NCBI GenBank assembly: GCA_963735035.1
Contig: CAVTJJ010000002.1
Span: 100,963 to 164,962 of the forward strand
Origin: an uncultured candidate division Zixibacteria bacterium
GTDB lineage: Bacteria; Zixibacteria; MSB-5A5; GN15; FEB-12
Reading direction: 5' to 3'
Length of the DNA: 64,000 nt
Each line of letters starts with the position of its first letter. Position 1 is the first letter of the stretch. The notes under the pieces were generated by a model that saw only the letters and a program-made list of their open reading frames with translations, did no database searches and was not told the DNA's origin. Shown here in pieces: positions 18,801 to 29,000 of the stretch. The position numbers and the translations under genes were made by a program.

Positions 18801-20525
18801 AATAAGAGTATCGAGGTTGCCGTAATCGTCATACTCCGTCAAGTCAATGCGCCCATTGGCGTACTCGACTGAAGTTACGCGCCCCTGAAAGTCATGGTGG
18901 AAGTGACGACCGCAGCTACCGCAGTCATTGTCAACAACATCTTCCAGGTAACGTCGCCAGTTTCCGGTGTTCTGTCGGGAATAATAGGAGGTTGTTAGAG
19001 AAGTATCGTGATTCTGAGTCACTTCCGTCTCGTATATGCGAGCCGTGATGACGGTGTCGATCGTGGTATCCACACCGTCGACAATCGTATCGACATAGAA
19101 CTCAGTGGAATCTTGCGTATAGGCCAATGATACGTGCTCCACGTCAGGGCCAATATCGTTGTACGCTTCTACTACCATGCCACATGAACCATATCTAAAA
19201 TGCCACGAAGCACCGTCCGAAGTGGTGGTCTGCACAATGCGGCGGCGATCTGCGGACGCTGTCCCGGCCGTGTATTGCTCCCACGAACTGTCCGGGTAGG
19301 TCACTTTCCTCAGGAATCCCGTCGAGTCCACGTATGCGTATCTAACCAACACATGGTTGTCCGCGTCATTGACGCTGTACAGCACGTACTGTCCTCCTGC
19401 GGTGGTGTACTCCAAATCAAGGTGTCTAGTGCTATCAACAGCAATGCGACGCAGATAACCGCCCGACCAATCTAACTTGATTTGATTGCCGTTACGGTCT
19501 GTGATCTTGGTCAGGTTGAACAGTAGTGTATCCCCGTAGGAGAATTCGAGTAGGGTACCATCGTCGGTCGTAACGACATATCTGTTACTATCCGCATTGT
19601 AGTCCAGAGCGTATTCCGATTCGACCGGACTGAACGACCGATTGCCCACACTCCCCTGTCCCTTGAAGTGTATTGCCCTGCCGGTCCCCTCTACCATGAC
19701 AACCTCATTCACAATATACGCTTCAGAGAGATCATTGTAAGGGTACCACCGATCTGCTTCATACAGCCTGGCGTTGTAGTTGTAAGTCCACATCTTGGTG
19801 GGATTTGGCTTGCTTTCATTGGAGTAGCTGTTGTAGTAGCGCGTAAACGAAATGGGGAGCCCTGCATCATTCTCCACCACCGCGTCAGTCCGGACCAAAT
19901 TGAGATTCCCGTTGACTGCATTAACCGGATCACTTATAGCTGACGCGCATGCCATAGGGCCAAAATCCGCCGCCACGTCCGGCAGAAACGGCACGCTAAC
20001 AGCAACATTGGACTTGCTCCTGCATATCACCACAGTACTGTTATTGTCATAGGATGAGGCAGCAGTTTCAAATGTGACAACACGGCTGCACCAACCCACG
20101 GTCAGATACTTGTCGCTGATGTTGCAATGGACACAGCCTGTATCGTTGGGTATTCCCGCAGTACATTCGACCGAACTACCAAACCCATTGCCCCCTGCAA
20201 CGCACTTCACCGAGAAACGATTTGTCGCGCTTGGATAAGCATCGAACATAGTGCCTGATCCGTTAACGCGAAATTTGTGGGTGCGAGTGGCAGCGTTTAC
20301 AACCGACGAGTGCTGCACCGAGACACTTGCTCCGTTTGCACAGTCACCATTACAGCCAGAAATAATATCGCCTTGCCCGAGCGTATCAGGCGGGCACAAC
20401 AGAAGCGCGACAATGACGATAGCAGCCAACAGCAGAGCATCCATAGTGCATAGTGAAAGTCCTCTTGGCCAATTGCATTCATAGGTTGACTTGCTTTCCC
20501 GTGGATGATCAGTGTAGTCGAACAT
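15804..20525 (-). CDS. RHS/YD-repeat toxin with signal peptide, DUF6531-like domain and a putative HNH-type nuclease tip
   Basis: DPVNAVNGN...LPISFTRYYNS; many YD repeats; core HNDHLGTP..RFPGQY..DPIG..NPINYIDPMG; tip FSHWFP..WNGNYV..H..HD. Start 20525 has a GGAGG SD (track start 20660, alternative 20444). Confidence 0.92.
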   Translation of the reverse strand: MFDYTDHPRESKSTYECNWPRGLSLCTMDALLLAAIVIVALLLCPPDTLGQGDIISGCNGDCANGASVSVQHSSVVNAATRTHKFRVNGSGTMFDAYPSATNRFSVKCVAGGNGFGSSVECTAGIPNDTGCVHCNISDKYLTVGWCSRVVTFETAASSYDNNSTVVICRSKSNVAVSVPFLPDVAADFGPMACASAISDPVNAVNGNLNLVRTDAVVENDAGLPISFTRYYNSYSNESKPNPTKMWTYNYNARLYEADRWYPYNDLSEAYIVNEVVMVEGTGRAIHFKGQGSVGNRSFSPVESEYALDYNADSNRYVVTTDDGTLLEFSYGDTLLFNLTKITDRNGNQIKLDWSGGYLRRIAVDSTRHLDLEYTTAGGQYVLYSVNDADNHVLVRYAYVDSTGFLRKVTYPDSSWEQYTAGTASADRRRIVQTTTSDGASWHFRYGSCGMVVEAYNDIGPDVEHVSLAYTQDSTEFYVDTIVDGVDTTIDTVITARIYETEVTQNHDTSLTTSYYSRQNTGNWRRYLEDVVDNDCGSCGRHFHHDFQGRVTSVEYANGRIDLTEYDDYGNLDTLIRDAYYGDSITTTFEYDATYNLPTRIKMASVANPSGYRETVLVRDSNGNALERIETGWIDSSTSYADTSRFDYNSRGQLIKVDGPRTNIADTIALRYDSTTADLLYAIFPNGDTVAFGARDIGPGSMPYVIEPNGVKTEYEYDKRGRVNRILENSLSADSASTDLTLNCKGAITEITSPMGNTYSLNYDEHNWLTYLLNGSGDSIAYDYDNMSNLSSVNYYDTANQLRMQEAYTYNWKSQLTEREGYEYRYDAMGWLDTIIVSALNDSTFIEYDLFGRVTEIVEVADDGSHLTTHLAYDIQDNLTRVTDPDSNVFAFWYDDRGHLLRDSCAVTGVTEYAYDAAGNLVSHADASGTTVEFEYDALGRVTLADYPDSTLDVTYEYDGDSTSAYARGRLVREAKDGVGIEYEYDAFGRVIEEAHELDDTSCVIAYTYTKNGEVASVTYPSGVEYTYSYDSEGRVSRVSAQFGEGQSQVIADSIAYEPFGGIKSVWYGNGIETKYNYDTRGFLTGISTGADTVLRRSYLYDTTGNVLSYYDSLNTGNSTSYSYDKQNRLTRMIRSSLAQDTIRYEYYDNGDRRREIVGYDTTTYTYANNRLTGLSGFTQASFVYDDIGNLVTQVVGSDTTEYGYDQANRLVSVTQNDTTYQQAYNSRSQRSSLTTPGGTSRYIHAANGLLLTEYYSGDWETDYVYLYGQPIARVWAYNEEVDTTTVTHFDIGWYHNDHLGTPQAVTDSAKTIRWSAQYYPFGALASENASTLSNPRFPGQYHDRSTDLYYNMFRQYQPTLGRYITPDPIGIAGGLNLYGYAGQNPINYIDPMGLYSLGEFGDDAAQFMIGFGDVASLGITKIIRRTELYGGDYYTDVCSNAYKIGEWAGFAASTFTGLTGGVRMSLARSARYWKLGSTRSGLQFSHWFPTRYFEKLGIARFNRYTIWNGNYVSKWVHTMHDPRGNFVKGITRDMKWPWAMRQWTRLPLPYRGLIFGAAYGTLGMFINDWLDQN

Positions 20526-20824
20526 TTCGTCCTCCCAAGACGACTCTTTGCATTGCGTTATACCGCAACTAATTTGTTGAGTCTCGTCGCTATCGCACAT
20601 GCCGGCCCCAAGTTCATATAGTAACACAGTGTACCTTATTGTCAATCGTGCAGCACCCACAACAGCAGGTTAGGTTCCCGCACATTGTCATACGCACGAA
20701 CAGACCAAACCGCACCTTCAAGTGCTCTCAGATAGCCGATCTATCAACGACAGATACACACCTGTACCAGATGATCAGTTCATCCCTGCATGCCTTATGT
20801 ATATGTACAATACTCCTTGACGCT

Positions 20825-20853
20825 ATTATGTCGTACAAAGGATCATATGTCAA
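20825..20853 (-). promoter_or_regulatory. Sigma70 promoter for the island 1 RHS gene
   Basis: TTGACA-N17-CATAAT. Confidence 0.6.
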
Positions 20854-20951
20854 GCACTTTCTGAACAAACAATGTCACATTCTCATGAACTGACCACCAC
20901 GTATCTAATGAGATCATGTAAGCGATGACTTTGAAGCACCCGTCTGTTCGT

Positions 20952-21068
20952 TCAAAGCGTGTTGACGAGTTCGAACAGAGGCAAGTACATCGCAATGAGG
21001 ATAAAAGCCACCAGGATGCCTGGTAAGACGACAATGATTGATTCTATTAATGATGTGATCGTCGTAAT
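20952..21068 (-). pseudogene. 3' stub (38 codons) of a gspF/pilC homologue
   Basis: Reads ITTITSLIESIIVVLPGILVAFILIAMYLPLFELVNTL*, matching the end of 31604-32800. 20945-20990 is identical to 31597-31642. Confidence 0.85.
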
Positions 21069-21104
21069 CGCTCAGTGGTCCCACAGCGTCGTGTGGTGAT
21101 AGAC

Positions 21105-21290
21105 TCATTCATCCGGTGCTCGGCGCGATGTCGCCTCATCGTCGATCCAGTTCTCTTCCCAGATCATTCCATTCCGGCCAGGCACCTTGCGAGTGGCGCC
21201 AGCCCGATAGATCGAGCAGCTATTCGGCCCGTAGCAAAACGTTTCGAACCGATATTTCGTCTTTGACGGGTTCCTCTGATCAAGGATTGC
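21105..21290 (-). pseudogene. Start-less fragment of a probable hypothetical gene
   Basis: Reads ILDQRNPSKTKYRFETFCYGPNSCSIYRAGATRKVPGRNGMIWEENWIDDEATSRRAPDE*. Protein-like, with an in-frame stop just upstream. Confidence 0.4.
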
Positions 21291-21430
21291 GCGACTATAG
21301 CTCTCCTACAACGTCGTGTCGGACTGAGCGAGACACCTACTTTCGGGTTGAGAATTGTCACGAATATGACACACATGCGTGAGAAATTTCAACGAACAGC
21401 CGTAATGGATTGTGTATCTTTGGCTTGGAT

Positions 21431-21456
21431 AAAATAGCGGTGCAGGGACTCGAACC
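21431..21456 (-). repeat. att site 2: tRNA 3'-end repeat
   Basis: Identical to 13766-13791. Confidence 0.85.
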
Positions 21457-21644
21457 GAAGGTACTGGTGGCCATCCCTCTTGAACTGACCGTAAAGAACG
21501 GGAAACGGGCCAGACGGAACGTCATCTGACGGTTGGGACGAACATCTGAATCCTGACCGTAAGTTCAACGCTGCCATGGGTGTGCATCTTGAAAGGTCAA
21601 GTTGGTCAGACATTACAACATTGGCGCCGGGATTCAGCAGTATT

Positions 21645-21976
21645 GGCGCAATACACATACGACCCAATCCCTGGCGTCTTGTACCACAGCGGGTCCGGTG
21701 ACGTGAAGATCTTCAGCGCCGGATCATAGTACCGCTGGCCGTAGTACGCAATGTCCCGGCTCAGGTCTTCGTCGAGGTACTGACCCGTGTACCGGAAGTT
21801 GTTCGCACTGGGGCCGATCACTTTGCTGCTCAGCATCTCGCCCCACGGACGGTACAGGTTATGCGTCTTGACATTGCCGTTGTAACCTATCGTCGCCAAC
21901 ACCGAACCGAGGTGATCCGTGATGAAATACTTGATGTCACTGGTACCTCCGGTCGTGAACGTCGCAATCCGCTCGC
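21645..21976 (-). pseudogene. Orphan RHS core fragment
   Basis: Near-identical to ~23645-23974 (ERIA..DHLGSVLATIGYNGNVKTHNLYRPWGEM..DPLWYK); breaks off before the DxxG cleavage motif. Confidence 0.85.
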
Positions 21977-21981
21977 TTGAT

Positions 21982-22004
21982 CAGCCCACCCGAAGCGTGG
22001 GCTG
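21982..22004 (-). terminator. Hairpin after the immunity lipoprotein gene (terminator or REP-like element)
   Basis: CAGCCCAC-N7-GTGGGCTG, 5 nt after the stop; no clear U-tract. Confidence 0.4.
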
Positions 22005-22009
22005 TACGG

Positions 22010-23041
22010 CTATTGGTCAGCCACACTGTCCAGAATCTGGGGGTATCGCTTGTCGATCCAATACAGCGAGGATAGCTCGCTGATACCACCGGTAAGATTA
22101 GTCTTAATGTGATCACCCGTACCGAGATCGTATAACCACACTCGTTTCCGGTCGTCCAAGACGCCTTCTACCTTTGTGTATACGTAAACCTTGCCATCGG
22201 GTGCAAAGCAGCCCGTATACAGGCGCTCCTTATCGCTGTCAACATCTGTCCAGACGCTGTCTCGGAGGCTGAGTATCCGCACATGTTGATCGCGGTCGAA
22301 TCCATCAGCCACAGCTATCTTCTCGCGATCCCGCGATATCGCCACCAGTACACCGCTGCACACTTGCCTCTTGTCACCGGTTGTCAGTGTTACAGCGTAT
22401 ACACCATGCTCACTGATGAGCACAGTGCTGTCTGTAAGAAAGAACCCCGTCGCGATCGGCCCCTGGTGAGTTGGCTCCTTCAACGATCCGTCGGCAACCA
22501 GAGTATCTACAGTTACGAAGTAATGAGTCACATCCTGAATAAGTGTGAATATTGAATCCAGACAGAAGATGCCTCGCTTATTGTTGAATCGCCCGCAGTA
22601 TAGGAGGTGGCCTGTTGTACGGTCACGGTCTATTGACCAGCAGGCAAATTCGGGGGTCGACAACTTGGCCTCAATAATAACTGCTGCCGACATAGGCACA
22701 TAGCGACCGACCGGTGCATCCGAAAGTGGGAGGCTATCCGCCGTCCAAAAACCCTCATAGCCAGCCTTGAGTACCGTGAATAATGAACCGCCCGCATCAG
22801 CGCATTGCATTTGCGCTTTTAGTTCTTTCGTTTCCCATGGAACGAGCTGCTGTCTACCGGTCGATAAATCCAAAGCCATTGTTCCGTGGGTAGTCGACAT
22901 AAGTAGTGTACCGCTGTATTGGGGCAAAGCTTCCGTCGTGCCAGTGGACTGACAACCCGTCTGGACTGTCATGCCGACGATCATCAGCAACACCCCACGC
23001 GACAGCATGCTTCGTCTACGAACTGTATTGTTCTCAGCCAT
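22010..23041 (-). CDS. Putative immunity lipoprotein, beta-propeller (TolB-like)
   Basis: Starts 10 nt after the RHS stop; lipobox-like QTGC; AISRDREKIA and FAPDGKVYVY blade motifs. Confidence 0.6.
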   Translation of the reverse strand: MAENNTVRRRSMLSRGVLLMIVGMTVQTGCQSTGTTEALPQYSGTLLMSTTHGTMALDLSTGRQQLVPWETKELKAQMQCADAGGSLFTVLKAGYEGFWTADSLPLSDAPVGRYVPMSAAVIIEAKLSTPEFACWSIDRDRTTGHLLYCGRFNNKRGIFCLDSIFTLIQDVTHYFVTVDTLVADGSLKEPTHQGPIATGFFLTDSTVLISEHGVYAVTLTTGDKRQVCSGVLVAISRDREKIAVADGFDRDQHVRILSLRDSVWTDVDSDKERLYTGCFAPDGKVYVYTKVEGVLDDRKRVWLYDLGTGDHIKTNLTGGISELSSLYWIDKRYPQILDSVADQ

Positions 23042-23051
23042 AAGAAGAGTC

Positions 23052-26000
23052 CTAAGGTTCCAGCGGTGGCATTCCATTCTCAGGATCATATGCGTCTATC
23101 TTGACTTCAGAGTTCCATCCCTTTGGCTTCTTGTCTCCTGATGCCTTCTGCGTTGGAGATTTCAACGTCTTGTCGCCCTTCAGAACTTTGAAATACAAAT
23201 TTGGCAGCGCCGGACCAGGAATCTCCGTAGGAGCGATCCCAAAGAGAATATAGATCGCCGCGTCAGCGCAATTGAATCCGAAGAGAGCATAAGCCGGGTC
23301 ATCGCCGCCATTCTTAATTTGATTGATACGATCCATGACTTTCTGGTCAAATTCGGCCGACGTCTCCCACATCTTTGCTTCGTCGGCTACATAGCCATTC
23401 TGAATCTGCAACTCTGCATCCATAATATCCTGCAACGGCTCTCCAAATCGTTGTACATCCAGATCTCCCCCTGTGTACAATGGGAAGCCATCCCCCCCTT
23501 TTCGCTCGAAGGACAACACCGTCCAGCCAGTGCGATCATTACCAACTGCTCCGAACATGTGACCTGCGCCGTAGGCCCTATCATGATCTATGAATAGTGT
23601 CACAGAATCACCTTGCCGATCCACGAACTTCACCGGGTTGTTCCGGCAGTAGACATACGAACCCGTCCCGGGATCCTTATACCACAGCGGGTCCGGTGAC
23701 GTGAAGATCTTCAGCGCCGGATCATAGTACCGCTGGCCGTAGTACGCAATGTCTCGGCCCAGCTCTTCGTCCAGATACTGACCCGTGTATCGGAAATTGT
23801 TCGCACTGGGACCGATCACTTTGCTGCTCAGCATCTCGCCCCACGGACGGTACAGGTTATGCGTCTTGACATTGCCGTTGTAACCGATCGTCGCCAACAC
23901 CGAACCGAGATGGTCGCCCACGTAATAGGCCACGTCCGTCTGAAGGCCGGCCTTGAACTTCGCAATCCGCTCGCCGTTGGCGTACACATAATTGCCATAC
24001 AGAGTTGTACTCGCTCCGGCCTTAAAATAGTCGCTCAACATATCGCCGCCAAGGTAATAATATCCCCACCGGGCCGTCTCCTTCTCCGGACACGGATACC
24101 AGTACCCCTCACCCCCGCCTCCGTCACCAGGAGTCTTACCATTTAGCGTTGGTGCAACCTTGGCACGAGGAGCCGCCTCCGACTCCAAAGACAAGGCATC
24201 GCGAGACCGCATCATAGAATCGAGAGTCGAGCCACCCGGAGGTCTCATCGACTGTCCCGAGACCGGATCGTCGTTGATTCCGGTCGAATCACCTTCCGCC
24301 CAGCACTGCATATCAAGGACTTCTTCCGTCTTCTTGGCTATTCGCTGACCTGACGTATTGTACCAGTAATGTACCGAATCCCGCAATACCTGCCCTTGCC
24401 TCACCCGACCGGCCAATTGTTCCGCATAATTGTACGACATGTCCATGTCTTCACTCTCGTAGCGGTAGATCGAGCCGGAGGGCATATACAAGAAATTGTC
24501 CGTGCTGCAGTTCAGCGAAGGCCCTATACATCTCACCTGATTGGTGCCGGGATAGTAACTGTAGCCCTGTAAGAGCAGGGAGTTGCTGGCGCGCCTCACA
24601 TTGGTTAGATTGCCGTTGCGATCGTAACCGTAGAGTTGCGCTGTCGGCGAGGGCAAAGTATTCCCGGTAAAGTCCTCGCCCGCCATGCGGTCCAGAGGAT
24701 CATAGGCGAACTTCTGTACCGTAGTTCGTACTCCTCCCGTCACGGCCGCATCGCTTACCCGAGCCGTATAAGAAGCGATGTTGCCATTGTAGTAGCCGGC
24801 AGGAAACTGAGACTGCGGTCCCGCATATGCGTTAGAGTTGTAGGTCAGTTCCAGACCAACATGATCACCACTACCGCTTTCGACATTTGTCACCTGACCG
24901 TCATTGATGCTTACCAGCCAGTCACGAGCATTATACTTGTAGTCGACTATCTGGGCGGTACCGGTGCTGCCGAATGCTTTCTTCCTGACCTGGCCGGTGG
25001 GCCAGTAGTCAAATTGGACTCTCATCGACGACACGCTGTCTGCCACCTGGGTCACCTGTCCGGCCCGGTTGTACGAGTAGTTGACGTACTTCTGGTTGGG
25101 GTATCTGACCTGGAGCTGCTGACCAATGCTATTGTACGTCATTGCGAAATCGCGCGTAATTGAAGCTGTATCGATACCACAAATGTACTGTTTCTTCTGT
25201 GCCACGCGACCATACGCATCGTAGACGTATTCCTCCCATGATGCCGAATCTGAGTGTCCAGACGCGTAGCTTACCGCCTTTGTGAGGCGGCCGCGACCGA
25301 ACTCTCCCTGGTCGTAGAAATACCGGGCTGTCACGCGGTACTCGGCCGTGTCATGCGTGGACGGACTAGGGTACTCCGGGATGAACGCATTGAACTGAGT
25401 ACGGTGTAATACACCCAGAATGACACCTTCTTCTACGGGTCGGCTATGCGGGTCGTACTTCATGTAATGGAATCTATTCGGATTATAGAAGCCGTCCGAA
25501 GCAGTCAGTGTGAATCTAGGGTTGCCATTCTTATCGTACAAATGCTCTTCAACGCCATAGTCCCCGGCCGAGTCTAACGTTAGCCAGCCGTGATTGTTGT
25601 AGTGACGGTGGATGCCTTGTTCCTCCGGCTGAACGACCAGCGTGTCGTTGCCGAAGAAGTTCTTGTAGAACTTCGTCGTTGTATACACATCCGCCGTGTC
25701 CAGCGGCACCAGCGCACCGTCGCAGACGTCGAACTTGAACCTCAGGTCAACATAACCCCAGGGCCCATAACCTTCAGGATAAGCGGCAATAAGAATTATA
25801 TAGTCGCCTGCCTTTACGTCGATCGCATTGTAATCCGTCCAGTCGCTCAACTGGCACATCCCACCCGCACCTGTTCGGTGAACTACCAAGGTATCATTTC
25901 GGTATACACTTGTATACAACGCCGAATCACAGAGTTCATCAGCGGCATCAAAATGAAATTTGCTTTCCACTTGAGCTACCTGTGGGCTCGGTTCGGTGTG

Positions 26001-29000
26001 CTGTGGTATCGTCAGCGAGTATGACTGATAGTAGACGCCCTCCTGGTAACCCGGATATTCACCATGGCAGTTGATTACCACGCTGGTGTCTTTGGCAGAA
26101 CCCGCACAATCCACTTCTTCCGATGCGAATGACGTTCGCGATGATCCGATGACTCGGTTCAACTTATCCCTGTAAGTGTGGACAACATTGTTGTTCTCAT
26201 CAATAATCAACTCATCGAATACGCTGTCGGCCGCATAACTCGGCGCAGAATAGCCGTACATAGTTGTATCTGAGCTGCGGTAATCTTGAGTGATTGGATA
26301 ATCCCTGAATGCCCCTGGGGGACTCATCACCCACGGTCGGCGCAAAGGATCATCACTATATTGCGCGTACGTGTACGGTACTTGAAGCCCGGCATCGTAC
26401 ACATCCGGCATGACAACCGAATCTTGATAATATGAAGTCAAGTAGCACCCTGCATCAAGGGCCGTCCCAGGCTGCCAGGCAAACATCGACTCGCTATTCA
26501 AGTATGAAGTTACGAAATCAAAGGGATTCACTTCATCGTTTATCCAACTGAAGCACCCGTATGTAGCTGACGGTGTAAGCCATACGGGTTTGAATCCACA
26601 CTCCTTCTGACCGTCGAAGGTGTAGGTTGCGCCGGTTATGGCAATCCGCGATCCATCAAACGTCTGCGTTTGCTTAACCTTGCCAAATGAGTTGATGAAA
26701 TCGGCCGTGACCGTAGGGTCGCTGACAAATACAAGATTGTCTACCCAGCTTCGGAGACTGCAGATTTCATCGCTGCCGCGCCGCAGGCGCAGGTGTAGAG
26801 CAGTAAACTTAGTGCTTCCGAAATACGTATCCGTCAGCCTATAAACGCAATCGTTGTTGATGAAGAAATACAAGTCGTTGCCAATGCGCCCCACCCCAAG
26901 TCTTTGCTTGCCTTTTGACACACGCACTGAGTATTCCATACCCCAAGCGTCGTTGCCGCTTGCATATCCGCAATTACCCAATCCACTATCGCCAAGGAGA
27001 TGCAATTCTATGTTCGCCAAGTACTGACGGCTGTTCTCATACTCATTTTGGTTTGAGTAGCGGAAGACCATGAAATGATGGCTGTCCGTGATACATACAC
27101 CGTACCCCCCGCCCTGATCATTCTCACATCCGTACCACAGGTGGCTCCAAAGCTCGTCGCCACCTGATTGAGTATTGTCACACGCACCGAAAGTGTATTC
27201 TATCGAATCAAGCACATCAAAGAACATGATGCCATCGTTGAACGGTTGGACTGGAACGACCAGGTCACCATGTCTCGCAAAAGGAGAGCTATTATTGGCT
27301 TCGAACCATAGTCGACCGTTCGCAAGCGAGAGCGTTGTATCGTACTGGTACTGGTGGAGACGCGATGACGAAAAATCGTCGCAGATACCGGTGCCGCGAC
27401 CCTTAAGGGTATAGACTGCGTTGGGCATATCAGCTCTATAGCGCAGTCCTTTGTCAAATTGCGTCGTAGGAAGATCATAGCTGGGCCGTGTCAACGGCTC
27501 TGTTGATTTGTAGAACCACTCTCTGTCTTCAATTGGGCTGTACTTGTAGTCAGCCACGCATGACAGATCACCATACTGGTTGTAGAATGCGCGTGAGGGC
27601 ACATTGTCCGGACCGGCTGCCGTCGTCTTTCTGAGCAAGGGATCGTAGGTGAATGACGACGCCAGGGAGCCGACGGGATAGACTCGGAAATTGTCTACGT
27701 AGGCGCTATCCATAGTAGCCTGCGTGCCGACAGAAAGTAGCTGTCCCTGAGTTACTTGTAGCGAGCATACCAAATGTTGCCATTGGTTCGTCGCGGTCAT
27801 GGCGGCAGTAACGGTTTGACTCTGATTAGTCAAATATAGCTGAGCGGTACCCCCGCTGCCGGGCGATATGACCCAACACTCGGCAACGTACATCCCAGCA
27901 GGCGGACTAGCCCAAAAGGCTCCGATGCCCTCGACTTGCGTAGCGTTTGTCGCAGGTATCAAGCAAGATCGTGCGCCTGTGAAGGTCGGCGCGACAGGCC
28001 CTACAATAGAACTCGGCGCATGCAGATGCAGCCTGGGTGGTTGATTCGGCGGAGTGAAACCAGGAACCGTCTCGTCTTCAGAGAAATATGCCCAATTGTC
28101 TCCGTCCACATTGGCAAACGATGCCTCCAGGCCGCGATGGCTATAAACGCCACCGGTTTCTGTGCCATCCGGCATTCGGACTGCAACAGGATTGCCGAGT
28201 CGGTCAACGTCAAGTACTTCGGTCACTAGATACTTGTTAGGTGCGCTGAAGTTGTCAACGGAATCTTTGGTTTCGTGCAGGTAGAAGACTGCCTGTTGTC
28301 CCGATCGATTCTGGGACGGAAAATCGCTCTTGTAAGTAAATAGTTGCTGGGCTCGTACATCTCCGGGGACTTCCCGGGTAACAGCCTCGGTCTTTAATGA
28401 CAGATAGTGACGATTGTCGAAGACGGTAGTCTGTCCAGCTATGCCGGTGGCCGCGTACTCATATTCCGTAATCCGCTCTTTGCCATTGGCTACCTGGCTG
28501 GAAGAAATCAAACGAGCCAGAGGACCTGTTTCGTAGGTGAAATTGGTTGTAGTGCTGACACCGTCTTTGCGTACGATGTTCTTGTCCAGCCGCAGATTGT
28601 AGCTGATAGCAATTGTGTCACAATCAAATCGACTTGATTGAAACGTGAAGCGAGAAGTCTCAAAACCGTCGGTTTGAGGAAAGAGCGACGCAGTCACTAT
28701 CGGCCAGGAGTACACTTTCTCGTCGTACGACACTTCCCTCCGATTCGCGTCCCTCATTATAGTCTTGTAGTTTACTCCGTGCAGGGTCGACCGATCGAGC
28801 CAGAATGCATTGTAGAACGAGATATCACTCCTTCCCATCGTATTGACAACGTAGTTGTTTGTTGTGGTCCGAAACTTCATTGTGACGCGCCTATGGCTCG
28901 GCATCGTATCGGTCGTTAGATAATATTGTTCTATTGTCCCATTATTGCCCGGTAGGTGCCAGGTAATCCGAGGATACTGAATAACATGATCAGCGTTGTC

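Larger units (their letters stand above)
13766..21456. mobile_element. tRNA-integrated island 1 (RHS toxin/immunity; degenerate, no integrase)
   Basis: Flanked by the identical 26-bp direct repeat AAAATAGCGGTGCAGGGACTCGAACC; arm-site-like repeats at both ends. Confidence 0.75.
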
